Shown here: in pieces, positions 43,324-54,300 of the stretch
Layout: every line of letters begins with the position of its first letter
Numbering within the stretch: position 1 is the stretch's first letter
From: Patescibacteria group bacterium
Lineage (GTDB): Bacteria > Patescibacteriota > Microgenomatia > UBA10105 > UBA927
DNA: 64,000 nucleotides
NCBI GenBank assembly: GCA_049322955.1
Contig: JBMOPU010000012.1
Span: 311,032 to 375,031 of the forward strand
Direction: 5' to 3'
Program-made: the position numbers and the translations under genes
The notes under the pieces: generated by a model
Databases searched by the model: none
Told to the model about the DNA's origin: nothing
The model's input: only the letters and a program-made list of their open reading frames with translations

Positions 43324-44796
43324 TTACTTCAGCCAGGCTTCCGCTGAAACAGTGAACTCGCCGACGGTATATTCGAGGCTTACGACACTCGAGTTCATGA
43401 CTGCGCGAAGCACGTCATTCGTAGCGGTTTTTTCAGCGTGCCCTGCGGCGATGCTGGTGCCCGTGAGCGTGAATGTCGGGGTGCCATAGGCTCCCGGATT
43501 GTCGATGAGCACGGCGTACATGCCGTTGTTGCCGACGCGGTCAAGCGTGATGAGCAGTTGACCGTAGGCGCCCGGAATGACCAGCGTGTCGACAGGCTCG
43601 TCTTGATAGGTCAAGCCTTTCGCACAGTACGGCGTGCCGAGCAACGGACCAGTGACGGTGTATGTCACATCTTGGTCGTTGTTACTGCAGGACACCGTGC
43701 TTGTGCTTACCGGCACTTCGCCTGTCACCGTCATATTGATGGTCGGTGTAATGGTCGGGCGTGGTGTGCGGGTCGCTGTTGCAGGCGGCGTGTTGGTCGG
43801 CGTGGGCGGAAGCAGATGGTGCTCGTCGAATTCCGCAAGCGGCATGATATTGCCAATTGCGTGGTCGCCGCTCCAGAACAGTTCGACCTCGTTGTAGCCT
43901 TCTGCATACACGTTTACCTGTGAGAACATCCACTTCCACATCTTCCGCACTTGTGCGGGTGTAATTGATGTTTGCTGTACCGCATCTTCCGTTCCGTAAT
44001 AAATCGGGAACGACGCGCGGTCAGTGGTCGGGCATGGCGAAAACATGGAGTTCACCACGAACACGATGGTGCGCACCGTTGAGCCCTTGCAAGTGAATGT
44101 TTCGATGGCGCCGTATTGGTAGGTCACCAATTGGTTGTCGGTGAGTTCGTCCCAGTCTTCGGCGGGCATGAACGTACCCATCGGCACATCCTGCTCCTTG
44201 TAGTCAATGGTGACCGTGAACGGTAAGTTCTGGTAGATGGGCGCCGGTGACTCGTCAAGCGTCGCATAGTAATACTGGAAGCCCTTCGGCGCGATGCTCA
44301 GCAGGTCGTCGGCATTCGCCCCGACAAAATACTGGAATTCGCTGACGGCTTCTTCAACATCTATCGTGACATCCGTCGGGATGCGCCACGTGATGTAGGT
44401 GCCTTTCAGGAATTGTACGGTCATGCGGTCGTCAATGAAGCCGAGGGTGAAATACCCATCATGCTTCACGAGAATGACTTCCCTGTAGGCTTCCGTGTTA
44501 TGGCGTGTCCCTTCCGGGTCGTGCGAGTTCTCATCGAACGTGCGTCCGAGGAATTCGACAGCCCCACCGTCAAAGAACAACGGGTCTATTTTTTTGAGTT
44601 CTTCAAGACCCGGGTTCGGAATTTCGGTTGCGGTGGGTGAGTTGGTCGGTGACGGCGCGATGGTCGACGTTTTGGTCGGCTGGTTGGTTGCGGTTGCAGG
44701 CGCGGTCGCGGTGGCGGTCGGTTGACTTCCACATGCGGCGAGCACCATTGATGCAACGACGAGCAGGCTCAAAAGAGCCCAAAGTCTCTTGGACAT
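43324..44796 (-). CDS. Lipoprotein with Pro/Thr-rich linkers
   Basis: MSKRLWALLSLLVVASMVLAA|C lipobox; PTATATAP and PTPTNTPPATAT linkers; SD AGGAG. Confidence 0.85.
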   Translation of the reverse strand: MSKRLWALLSLLVVASMVLAACGSQPTATATAPATATNQPTKTSTIAPSPTNSPTATEIPNPGLEELKKIDPLFFDGGAVEFLGRTFDENSHDPEGTRHNTEAYREVILVKHDGYFTLGFIDDRMTVQFLKGTYITWRIPTDVTIDVEEAVSEFQYFVGANADDLLSIAPKGFQYYYATLDESPAPIYQNLPFTVTIDYKEQDVPMGTFMPAEDWDELTDNQLVTYQYGAIETFTCKGSTVRTIVFVVNSMFSPCPTTDRASFPIYYGTEDAVQQTSITPAQVRKMWKWMFSQVNVYAEGYNEVELFWSGDHAIGNIMPLAEFDEHHLLPPTPTNTPPATATRTPRPTITPTINMTVTGEVPVSTSTVSCSNNDQDVTYTVTGPLLGTPYCAKGLTYQDEPVDTLVIPGAYGQLLITLDRVGNNGMYAVLIDNPGAYGTPTFTLTGTSIAAGHAEKTATNDVLRAVMNSSVVSLEYTVGEFTVSAEAWLK

Positions 44797-45485
44797 GGTT
44801 TCTCCTGTTTGTGTGTGACCTCAGCGTTAGCCTCGGCCTTTGGATTGTTGAGCGCCGGAGGCGCTTTCAAATTTCTCAACCCCCTAAATAGGCGGATGAG
44901 TCCAATCAATTCCCTCGGGGTAAACCCCTTTATCGGGAATGGACATAAAGGTGGTGTATTTGTTTGTTCTACCTCTCTTGTTGGTGTTTGGATTGGTTGT
45001 TTCAAAAAGAATTTTTATCCCCTCGATAAATTCTTCTTTGTTTTTATTTCCCCTCTGTGTGTATATGAATCTGTTGATTCTTTTATATCCCCCGCACTAT
45101 GCCGATGATTATCGGAACAGAGCGGGGGATACGTATCAAAAAGGGGCAATCCGAAAGGAAAAAGGTGACAAAAACGCACCGTATTGACGGATTTGCAGGA
45201 GAAATCATGCTATTTTTTGCAACACAATTTTTTCTATTCAACTCTCTCTGTTAAGGTGCCTTTTGGCCAAAAGCAGAGAAAACCGCAATTGGTTTGTCTG
45301 CCTACAGACCAAAAGAACCACGGGCGCCTAACTTTTAGGCACGCGTGTGACCGGTTCATCACCGGAAGCGAGGCGAGATAAAGATCCCGTCTCGCTCCTG
45401 GGGACGATCGTTATCAGTCATTTATTAAAAGTGCTAGCTTACTTTGTTCTCCTTATATTGACGCCTTAATCTTATTTTTTTACAC

Positions 45486-45515
45486 AAAAAAACCGGCTAC
45501 GATATCTGCCGGTTT
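45486..45515 (-). terminator. Intrinsic terminator
   Basis: AAACCGGC...GCCGGTTT with a T-run on the - strand. Confidence 0.55.
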
Positions 45516-45590
45516 CTGTTGCGTTATCTATTGGTTATAAGTTGCTTTGTTTTTTTGGCCGGCAGACCATTTTTAGATTGTCCTGATAGC

Positions 45591-46253
45591 TCAGGGCCGA
45601 ATAGCTCCTTTTGCAAGAATCCCAAACCCAATGATAGCCAAAGCGATAAAGGGGAGCATATATGCGTAGTCTTCAAATCCCGCGACCGGAAGGGTGGTGG
45701 CACCCAATACTTTGGTTTGGACACACAAGCTGGACGTATCTTCATCAGATCGATTTTCCGGTGCCGTGACCGTAACCTTGTTAACCACATCACAGGTAAG
45801 ATCCTGAGGGAATACCGAGATATCCTTCACCTTCACTAGAATTCGGTTATGTACGGTGGCACCCGCCTTGAGATCAGAGATTTCATACGTAAGCTTGTGT
45901 GCACTTGCCTCATATCGTCCGGGACCTGAGACAAACAAGACCTGAGACGGTAAAAAGTCAATGATGGTCACCGTCGCATAGTCAGTGGTACTGGTATTGG
46001 TAACGGCGATGTCGTACTCCACTTCACTGTTGGGTGAATACGCGGCATCGTAGGCCGTCAGATTTTCAACAAACAGATTAACATTGGTGGGGTATCGCAC
46101 CTTTTTATTGATAACAACGTTGTTTGTCGGACATTCTACCGAGGTTCCGTATTGGTTCGTGCAGTTTTCGCCGTCATAGGCATGTACGGCGGGCACAAGG
46201 AGCGCCATGGCGCCGAGAAGCGAAACAAGTGCGATAGTGTGTTTTGATTTCAT
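45591..46253 (-). CDS. DUF11 (Ig-like) surface protein with LPxAG sorting signal
   Basis: Signal peptide; VEYDIAVTN...IDFLPSQVLFVSG; C-terminal LPVAG + TM + basic residues. Confidence 0.8.
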   Translation of the reverse strand: MKSKHTIALVSLLGAMALLVPAVHAYDGENCTNQYGTSVECPTNNVVINKKVRYPTNVNLFVENLTAYDAAYSPNSEVEYDIAVTNTSTTDYATVTIIDFLPSQVLFVSGPGRYEASAHKLTYEISDLKAGATVHNRILVKVKDISVFPQDLTCDVVNKVTVTAPENRSDEDTSSLCVQTKVLGATTLPVAGFEDYAYMLPFIALAIIGFGILAKGAIRP

Positions 46254-46330
46254 ACTATATAGTTTGCGCTAGTTGTGAAACTAGTCTGAGGACTATATCA
46301 CAACGACACATCAGTGTCAAGTGTTATAGG

Positions 46331-46774
46331 CTATTTACCGAAAGGCTTGTCCAGTACGGTATATTTGTTCCGGGTAACGGTGGTGCCGTCTTTAAGGGTT
46401 TTTTTGCTGGTTAATTCAAGTTCAATTTGCTCGACATCAGCCCGAGGTGACGCACGTCTTATGAGCTCCCAGGTGAGTTGGATGCTTTTATCTGCGATTT
46501 GGATCATATACAGGTTGGGGAGCAATTTGGAGTGGGTACTGCTTTCTGATCCTTTTTTGTGGATGGTATATTTGACGGTGATATCTTCCTTTTTACTGCG
46601 CCCGACAAGCTCTGTGGTCAGTGCCGTCAGCCCGCCGATGATTCCGCCCGCGGCGTAGCCCTGCAAGCTCAAAAAACCCATACCGGTGGCAAATCCGATT
46701 GCCGCCCCTTCTGCCGCTCCCACAGCCGTGACTGTGGCTATCTCGCGTAAATTTTTGAGAGTTTCTTTTTGCAT
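46331..46774 (-). CDS. Glycine-zipper hypothetical protein
   Basis: TAVGAAEGAAIG...GGIIGGLTA; TG-A-TATAAT 7 nt before the ATG. Confidence 0.6.
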   Translation of the reverse strand: MQKETLKNLREIATVTAVGAAEGAAIGFATGMGFLSLQGYAAGGIIGGLTALTTELVGRSKKEDITVKYTIHKKGSESSTHSKLLPNLYMIQIADKSIQLTWELIRRASPRADVEQIELELTSKKTLKDGTTVTRNKYTVLDKPFGK

Positions 46775-46805
46775 GGACGTGATTATATCACCAACCCGCA
46801 ATTGC

Positions 46806-47102
46806 TTAGCCGGCCACGGGTTCGTGCGGCGGTTCAGGCAGTGGTTGCGGTTCGGCGTACGGGTGAAATTCGGTGTGCGGGTACGTCGGATCCATCTGTG
46901 CCAGCCATCCCACGGTGCGGATATATTCCGCGGCACCGTGTGCGAGCGGCTCGGCGGCATAGGCGGTGACGCCGCCTATAACGGCACCTACCGCAATTCC
47001 CACCGGGGAGGCGCCGGCCCCGATCAACGCTCCTTCCAGTGCCCCTACCGCGGTAAGGGTGAGCCGCTTTGTTTTGGTGTCGGGCAACTGTTCTTTGCTC
47101 AT
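46806..47102 (-). CDS. Glycine-zipper hypothetical protein
   Basis: TAVGALEGALIG...GAVIGGVTA. Confidence 0.6.
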   Translation of the reverse strand: MSKEQLPDTKTKRLTLTAVGALEGALIGAGASPVGIAVGAVIGGVTAYAAEPLAHGAAEYIRTVGWLAQMDPTYPHTEFHPYAEPQPLPEPPHEPVAG

Positions 47103-47111
47103 GCCGTCTTG

Positions 47112-47993
47112 TTAAATCGCCTCATTTTGTTCTTCCACCAAGTCAGCAAAAATCAGCAAACGCTCGGTAGTGGAGCCAGGAGGCCAACAGGTCTGTAAAA
47201 TGAGGCGTTTTTGGCCTGCCTGAGGAGCAAGATAGGATACTTCGGTGGGACTTACCACCTGCTTGCCGGTGATTTCATACCGATAGGAAGAGCCCTTGTA
47301 ATAGATAAGGATCGTATCCTTTACCTCAAGATTCTTCAAAAGGTAAAACACGGCATTCAAATCACCCACAAACCAGTCGTAATTGGTGGAGTGAGAAAAA
47401 AGATACACCGTACCCTCTTCGTCGGGGAAGTACGAGAGGGAAGAGTGGGCGATTCCTTTTTGGAGTGCGGCCAGATATTCGCCCGGTTTGGTGGGATTGA
47501 CCGCAGGAATAACCCCGGCGTTAATGCCCACCTTCGGCACGATCAGCGAAAAGTCTTTGTTGACGGGATCGATTGAAGCGCCTTCGGGCGTTTTGAGCGG
47601 GTCAAACGCCGCGGGAACTGCGGGTTTTTGGGTCGTTTCGGTAGCTATCTGCGTTCGGTCGGTCGGGAGCCATGTTCGAACGACGGAAATTACCCCGTCG
47701 AGATGCTGTACCAAGGCTTTCTGATAGGTTGGTAACGTTCGTTGTACCTGAAGTGCGGCATATCTTGCCTCAAGTCGAATACGCGGCGTTAAGGGGCCCG
47801 TAAGACCTCCCAGGGCAAGTGCAAGCATGCCGATACCGAGGGTGGTTACCCATGAGTGATTTGTCGTGTTTTTCGGTACGGCAACGGGCGACGGCGTACG
47901 ACGCAGTTTTGTGGTCGTTCGGGCGGGAGTAAGCACCGGAATACCGGGTCGGTAGTCCCAGTCGTGATAGTAGATGATGCCTGATGTTTGCAT
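47112..47993 (-). CDS. Sortase
   Basis: N-terminal TM; LIVPKVGINA, FSHS and LQTC...R catalytic residues. Confidence 0.9.
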   Translation of the reverse strand: MQTSGIIYYHDWDYRPGIPVLTPARTTTKLRRTPSPVAVPKNTTNHSWVTTLGIGMLALALGGLTGPLTPRIRLEARYAALQVQRTLPTYQKALVQHLDGVISVVRTWLPTDRTQIATETTQKPAVPAAFDPLKTPEGASIDPVNKDFSLIVPKVGINAGVIPAVNPTKPGEYLAALQKGIAHSSLSYFPDEEGTVYLFSHSTNYDWFVGDLNAVFYLLKNLEVKDTILIYYKGSSYRYEITGKQVVSPTEVSYLAPQAGQKRLILQTCWPPGSTTERLLIFADLVEEQNEAI

Positions 47994-48063
47994 AGCCGTA
48001 CCGCAGAAACGGTAAGCACGGATTATACACTATAAGCCATTTATGGGCAACTTGGCGAAGGTA

Positions 48064-48444
48064 TTACCAGGTATTTATGATGCGATGTGCCCGATAGTAT
48101 CGGCCGTCGCTTCCTTGCGAGTAGATTCGCTGATCGGGTGTCACCACTCGGGTTTGTAGCGGTTTGGTTTGCGAAATAAACGGAGCGGCAGGCTCAGTGA
48201 GGACGGTGTTGTCGAGTTCAATAAGTTCGTATTGCGAAAAAGGGCCGTTTGCGGCGGCTTGGCGTGCGGCGGTGGCGCCGTCTCCCGTGCAGGTAAAAGA
48301 AAGGCATTCCCAGGGTTGCAATTCCTCATATCTATTGACCGGTACGGTGCCGTTACTTTCCGCGTTCAATACGGTGGGAGTAAGCTCCGTGTGGCAACGG
48401 CGTTTAATCGGGCAGGCGCGGCAAATGGCATATTCTTTCTTCAT
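48064..48444 (-). CDS. Hypothetical protein with CxxC motif
   Basis: CRACPIKRRCH at the N-terminus. Confidence 0.45.
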   Translation of the reverse strand: MKKEYAICRACPIKRRCHTELTPTVLNAESNGTVPVNRYEELQPWECLSFTCTGDGATAARQAAANGPFSQYELIELDNTVLTEPAAPFISQTKPLQTRVVTPDQRIYSQGSDGRYYRAHRIINTW

Positions 48445-48559
48445 AACGGGACGAAATAGCCGAAGAAATGAGGCAGAAGTATATACTATGAGATAGTTAT
48501 TTGCAACTATTGTCGGGTCTGTTTGCAAAATCAACGGGAGGAAGTATATACTCCGACCC

Positions 48560-49324
48560 ATGCAAGTTGAGCGCCGCCAAACGCCGGAAACCGCTGAATT
48601 CACCCGCTACGGGAGGGACGGCTCGCGCCTGACCGTCGAACGGTTCGGCAAGGAACCGACCAGCATGTTTGTGGCGGGTATCCACGGAGACGAATACGAA
48701 ATTATTCCGCCGCTTAAACGAATCCTCGAACAACGAACGGCAACAAAACCGCAACTTTTCGGATCGCATATTCGGGTGATGGAAGCGTTTCCCAAGGCCC
48801 TCCATGGGAAAAGCAGAAAATCGGATGATGTTGATCTCAACAGGCAGTTCGGGGTCAAGCATTATCCCGATTATCCGCAGGCAAAATTGCTCGCCGATTG
48901 TTTGCTCGAGCATAAAAGTCTCACGACGCTGTTTTCGTTTCACGAAGATCTCGAAGAAGACCGGTTCTATTTCTACTATCAACCTTCGCGGGATGATACG
49001 GGGGAGCTTGATCCGACCATCGAAAAACTTCGCGGGAACCTGATCGCACGGGTCGAAGCGATGGGCATCCCGTTATATGACGGCATTGATGATATCGATT
49101 TGGGATACTGGGTGGATCGGGGATTCTGCGCGGTGGCCGCAGATTCATCGCATGATGACACGTTCGAAATGTGGGCGATACGCAACGAATTACACGATCA
49201 TCCGTCCATGAAACGGGCATTTTTGTTTGAAGTACCGGGCAAACTCCCCGTGGCAAAGAAAGAACTCCTGTTACAAGCGATCATGGATACGTTTGTGGAA
49301 CCGTATTTAGCGGCAATGGCTTAA
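48560..49324 (+). CDS. M14-like zinc hydrolase (succinylglutamate desuccinylase/aspartoacylase family)
   Basis: AGIHGDE, DLNR, SFHED and a terminal FEVP. Confidence 0.8.
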   Translation: MQVERRQTPETAEFTRYGRDGSRLTVERFGKEPTSMFVAGIHGDEYEIIPPLKRILEQRTATKPQLFGSHIRVMEAFPKALHGKSRKSDDVDLNRQFGVKHYPDYPQAKLLADCLLEHKSLTTLFSFHEDLEEDRFYFYYQPSRDDTGELDPTIEKLRGNLIARVEAMGIPLYDGIDDIDLGYWVDRGFCAVAADSSHDDTFEMWAIRNELHDHPSMKRAFLFEVPGKLPVAKKELLLQAIMDTFVEPYLAAMA

Positions 49325-49580
49325 ACAAGGTGATTATTCTTTCGGAGTGACGTATTTTACCGACGGCCGGCATTCGGCAAGACGCTGGGAAATACCGAGG
49401 TTTGCGGTACCGCCGCCACGTCCGTAGTTTTTCTTTTTATCAGCACTGCCGAAAATACTGATCGGTGATCCCTCTTTACGGGGAGATGCTCCTTCAGCCG
49501 GGAGATTTTGGTTACCGGGGAGGCCGCGGATGCTGATTTGAAAAATTCTGATTGCCATAAGGCTACGAAGTATAGCAAAA

Positions 49581-50093
49581 TTATAGGCTTTTAACAAATT
49601 TAGTCATCGTCACGCCTTCAATAGTGACATTTCCTTGGGGGACATACCCCTGGCTCGTGAAGAGTTTGATGCTTTTTTCGTTGGTCGGTTTAATCATTGC
49701 CCGGATACCCGTTAGTCCCACGACTTCTTTGGCATAGGTATGTATTGCCGCTACCGTCATGGTGCCGATGCCACGGCTTTGATACTCTTTTTCGCCGATC
49801 ACGATCCCTATTTCACCCGTCGTACTCGGGGCATGGTCCTGTCGCAGGTTCACAAAGCCGATCAGTTTGCCGTCTGCCACGATGGAAAAATAATGTCTGC
49901 GTGGGTCATTGGCGGCGTTGTAGAGCCATTGGTTGATATCCTCGGCTTTCGTCGGGAGGTCGTTCCACATCCATTTTCTGATGTCGGGATCATTGATCCA
50001 GGTAACCCAGGATGCGAGCGTTTCGCGGGTATGTTGCACCGGCTCCAAATGGATCGAAACGGTGTGTTTGAGAGTTTCCTGTTTAGCGGCCAT
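49581..50093 (-). CDS. GNAT N-acetyltransferase (RimJ/RimL type)
   Basis: EIGIVIGEKEYQSRGIGT and NEKSIKLF..GY. Confidence 0.88.
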   Translation of the reverse strand: MAAKQETLKHTVSIHLEPVQHTRETLASWVTWINDPDIRKWMWNDLPTKAEDINQWLYNAANDPRRHYFSIVADGKLIGFVNLRQDHAPSTTGEIGIVIGEKEYQSRGIGTMTVAAIHTYAKEVVGLTGIRAMIKPTNEKSIKLFTSQGYVPQGNVTIEGVTMTKFVKSL

Positions 50094-50188
50094 AATTGTC
50101 GCGGGAGTATAACAGATAAGCCTATAGGAAGCAATTCTTTGACGGATAAATATTGACGATTTGATGTTTTTTGATACAATAGGGCTCT

Positions 50189-50482
50189 ATGAGTGCACGG
50201 AAAGAACCTGGTTCGAAATTTGCCTTCTTACTTCCCGTTGAAAAATATACCGATGCGAAAGGTCGATCGCGGATGCGGGCGGTAGTGGGCGGAGATGTTG
50301 AGGCCAGAGATGCGTTGGTAAAGCATCTTGAAGAAACCGCGGATGCGCATGTGGAGACGCCGGAAGAAACCGAGCGGGCAAAAATGTTTTCAGGGTTCGG
50401 CAATGGGAGAATGGACGCTTCCCGCGGTTCCCGTACGAAAGTTGTGTATAAACGCGGCACGGGTTGGGTAAGCAACAACTAA
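50189..50482 (+). CDS. Hypothetical protein
   Basis: TTGACG...TG-A-TACAAT just upstream of the ATG. Confidence 0.55.
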   Translation: MSARKEPGSKFAFLLPVEKYTDAKGRSRMRAVVGGDVEARDALVKHLEETADAHVETPEETERAKMFSGFGNGRMDASRGSRTKVVYKRGTGWVSNN

Positions 50483-50545
50483 ACCCGTATATTTTCTCCT
50501 ATATTGTCTTGCATTCCCACGAATGTCGACGTATGATAGCCCCCA

Positions 50546-50950
50546 ATGTCAGATAATCTGGAACGGCGCGTCACACTCCGATTATTCCCCAGTAATCCCC
50601 GATATGACGGGGAAGTCGTAGCGATTCCCGTTGAATACGGCGTCAAGCTTCCGATTCGAGCCAAAAATTTGCGTACGAGAGGCGAAGTGATTTTTACCCC
50701 GCAAGGGCAAGTGATTTTTGATCACGCCATCGCAAAAGTGCGTCCTGCTCCGGGAGAAGAGGGACGGTTCGAGTTTGTGGAAAGCGACGGTGTGGATGAA
50801 GAACAGATCGGGGGAGGTCGTCGGGAGTTTCGCGTGCAACCGGGAGGGGTTGCGGGAGTATGGCCGCGCGAGACGCAAACGGATCGATTTCTCCATGCGG
50901 GTCGCCGATTTCTCCGACTGGAAATAGCATCACTCCTTACCGACGGATAA
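50546..50950 (+). CDS. Hypothetical protein
   Basis: ATG 8 nt after TATGAT. Confidence 0.5.
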   Translation: MSDNLERRVTLRLFPSNPRYDGEVVAIPVEYGVKLPIRAKNLRTRGEVIFTPQGQVIFDHAIAKVRPAPGEEGRFEFVESDGVDEEQIGGGRREFRVQPGGVAGVWPRETQTDRFLHAGRRFLRLEIASLLTDG

Positions 50951-50956
50951 CCCGTA

Positions 50957-51310
50957 TCACGACTGATCGATGTTGTTCGGATCGGTGGGGTTACCGTCAC
51001 TGTCGGGCAAGCGAGGGATTCTTCGGGTACCGAATGAAAATCCCCGTCGGTGTTCACCGATATCAACCGCCATCTCCCGCAGTGCCGCCGCTCGGTTGTC
51101 TCTCTCTTCCGCTTCGGCAAGAAGGGATTCGACCGATGCCGTCCATAGGTAGCCTTTATTTTTGTTCCCGGCGCGTATAAGGAAGCCCCGTCTTACCAAT
51201 TCATTGAGATTCGGCCGGGGTACATCGGTTTGAAATTCGTAAAAGGGTGTTTCCTGACCGAATTCCTTGTAAGCCTCCCGTACGCGCTCTAAATCGATTT
51301 TCCATGCCAT
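50957..51310 (-). CDS. Hypothetical protein (winged-helix-like)
   Basis: LNELVRRGFLIR. Confidence 0.5.
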   Translation of the reverse strand: MAWKIDLERVREAYKEFGQETPFYEFQTDVPRPNLNELVRRGFLIRAGNKNKGYLWTASVESLLAEAEERDNRAAALREMAVDIGEHRRGFSFGTRRIPRLPDSDGNPTDPNNIDQS

Positions 51311-51379
51311 AGCAAGAACAAATTATAGGATATTTATATGATGATGTGCAAATCGGGGCGATAGGGGAAAGACGCTCCC

Positions 51380-54300
51380 TTATGACGATTGTTTTTTGGC
51401 AAACGTTACCTGAAGTTTGTCGCCGACCACATCGATACGGCTTGCTTTCCACTTTTGGTCGATACGACCGTCAAGATGGGTCAATACTAAGTCGTTAAAG
51501 TGATCCAAGCTTTCATGAATGGTTTTTTGCCATGGGCGCGCGAGCATAGGCAGATGAATATTCAGGCTGTCTTTTTGCACCACGAGACCCTTTGCGGGAT
51601 CGGTTGCGAGGGTACCGCTAAACTTTGCCTCTCCCACGATCGTTTTTGCCTTCATATCGGCAAGTTTGACCGTGTCGCCTTCGATCATGATTTTTCCTTC
51701 GGTAATTCTGGCACCGGGAAGCTCCACCGAAGTTTTGACGTAATCCATGAGTTCTCCCGGAGTCAATGCTACTCCTGCGGCATTTTCTCCCGATTTATTT
51801 AACACATAGTTGATGCGGTCTTCGACGCCGCTCGGGAGTTGCTCCGGTGCGGGGGTGGGTTGTTCGGCGGTAACGGGTGTTTCAATAACAGGCGTTTCCT
51901 CGATCGGGAGTGATGATGCAACCGCTTCTGCAGATTTCTCCGATTGTTGTATATTTGCGGTTTCCTGCATGGTAGGTGTTTCAGATTGAACCGTGTTTTC
52001 TGCGGCGGCAATCCCCGTTGTTGTTGGTGCTTCTTCAATGACCGGTTGCTCAACCGGTTGTTCTCCCGCAAGCGTCGTTAGCTCATCTCTTGGTGTTTCC
52101 GGAACCGGTTGGGTTGCCTCAACGATTTTCGGTGCGGCTTCTTTGGCAAATGCCTCGACATCAGTGAGTGCCCGCATATTTGCTTCCAGCATGTTCATGT
52201 CAGTTATTATGACCTGTCCGTCGGTGATTTCATAGGATATCCCCAAGGTATCCATCGTTCGCTTAAAGTAGGCATCAAACCGTTCGGGATTGGTGGTTTT
52301 CAGCGTGGGATACATATTGGCGTACATGTTGGAAAGATGCGTCTGTAACTGATCCTTTGAATAGGTTTCACTTGCCCGTTTTGCCATATCTTCCCAGGTC
52401 ATATCTTTATAAACCTCATTTGTCTGATACGGAGTCTCGGGATCAGCACTTCCAAGCTGTTGCAAATGCGCGTAGACGGTTTCGGTTGGATCGATGGTGG
52501 CCGTCATGGTAGGTAGTACCGTGGTGGTATCGCTACTGCCGCGCGCCGTATGAATCATCCATGCCATCTCACGATCCTCCGCAATCCTGGTGTCGGGGTT
52601 ATATCCGCCGACGGCCGCGAGACTTCCCGCTTTTGTGGCAATATTACCGCTATAAACCCCCGGAACACCTGCGGTATCCCCATGGCGAACCAGACTATCC
52701 ATCAATTCAAATGCCCGATGCTGGGCAAAAAGAAGCGGGAACTCTTCATAGGCTTTTTGGGGAAGCTCATAACTTCCGCTCACCATATCCAGTGACGGAT
52801 TCTGATCAAATGCATCTACGGCACTTGCGATATACGTCTCGGCGATGGTGTTGCCTGTGCCGTTATCGGCGATGACGGCAACATCGGAAGCATCGGTGGG
52901 AAGTGTTGCGATACGGGACAGGGCAACATTTGTTACATCCCGTTTCACCCGACCTGACGTGGGTGCTTCCTGATAGGAATGGGTAAGATATAAGACGCGC
53001 ATTTCCGGATGGTCTGCGATAAACCTCGTAACTTCCGATTTTGTATCGCCGGGAAGCGTCTCACTGACGGTGCCGTCGGGGGAGGCGACGTGCGCGTCAA
53101 AGACGATAAATTCCGTTTTTTCAGGAGCAAGCGGCGTGCCGTCGGTTGCCTTTTGTCCGACATACCGTGATAAGCGCTGGTAAATATTGCCGCCTGCCTG
53201 TGATACGGGAATCGTCACCACTGCGCGAACATCGGGGTTCATCGGGGGTAAGTCACCCGTCAGTAATTGTTCGACTGTAGTAATTTCGTCGGGAGTGAGC
53301 GTCGAAAGATACCAGGCCACTTCTTCCTGCTGGTGTAATGTTGCCTGCGGATTTTCCGTAAGCCGCGGGGATTTTCGGGTTTCCATGGATTCCCGGGTCA
53401 CATAGGAACTTTCCATACCGAATGGGCTTAAAAGCGTCTCGCCCGGTTTCATTTTTGCTTCGATAATTTCTCCGGTAGCCGCTTCGAGTACTTCACGATA
53501 CGGGATAAATACGGGGTACCAAGGTGCCTCCGGTGCCCCCGCTTCGCGGGCAATAGTAGTTACCGTCTCGGTAACGGGAACGGTGAGTTCTTTGGCAAAA
53601 ATTTGTCCCGGTTGATCTTCTCCGTAGACATAATTCAGCGTAAGCTGGTGAATCGGCACCGATGTTTCTGCCGCCGAAGGCACGACCGTATGAACGGTCT
53701 GCTCTGCATTACTCGCGCCGAGTTTCTCAAGAAGCGGAGCGAGTTCCTGTTGGGTAGGAAGGTCGCTATCCCGTCCGAAATAGCCCATGCGCAGTAACAA
53801 CGCTTCCACCTTATCGTCCTGTGATCCCGTTTCCAGCGTATGAAGCGCTTCCATCGGGGCTTTGCCGCTTTCGATGAGCGATTGGTAATGCGTGATTGCC
53901 GCATCATTCATTTCGCTGATGTGTTTTATGGCATCCGCGCTAAACAGTTCCCGCGGTACGTGAATGGTGGCATCCTGAGGAATCCTGGCCAAATCCAATT
54001 CCTGTACCTGGGTGTCGCCGAAGGTTGCCGGTCGCAGATGTTCGTTTATGTAGTTTTCGTGACTGCCCTCCGGAACCGTAATATTGGCGTTATGCTCGTT
54101 ATAGGTGTACAGGCGAAACATGTTTTTAACGCTGTTTGCCGTAGCGATTCTGTTATCACCCTCCGCTTGGTTTAAGAAATGATCCCATAATCCGCCTTCC
54201 TTGAGGTTGGACGCTTTGATGTCGATCATGGGCCCCGTCGGGGAGCTCGTCTCAACAAATGGTGCCGTCGTATTCGATTCAAGCGCAACCGTGTGATGGA

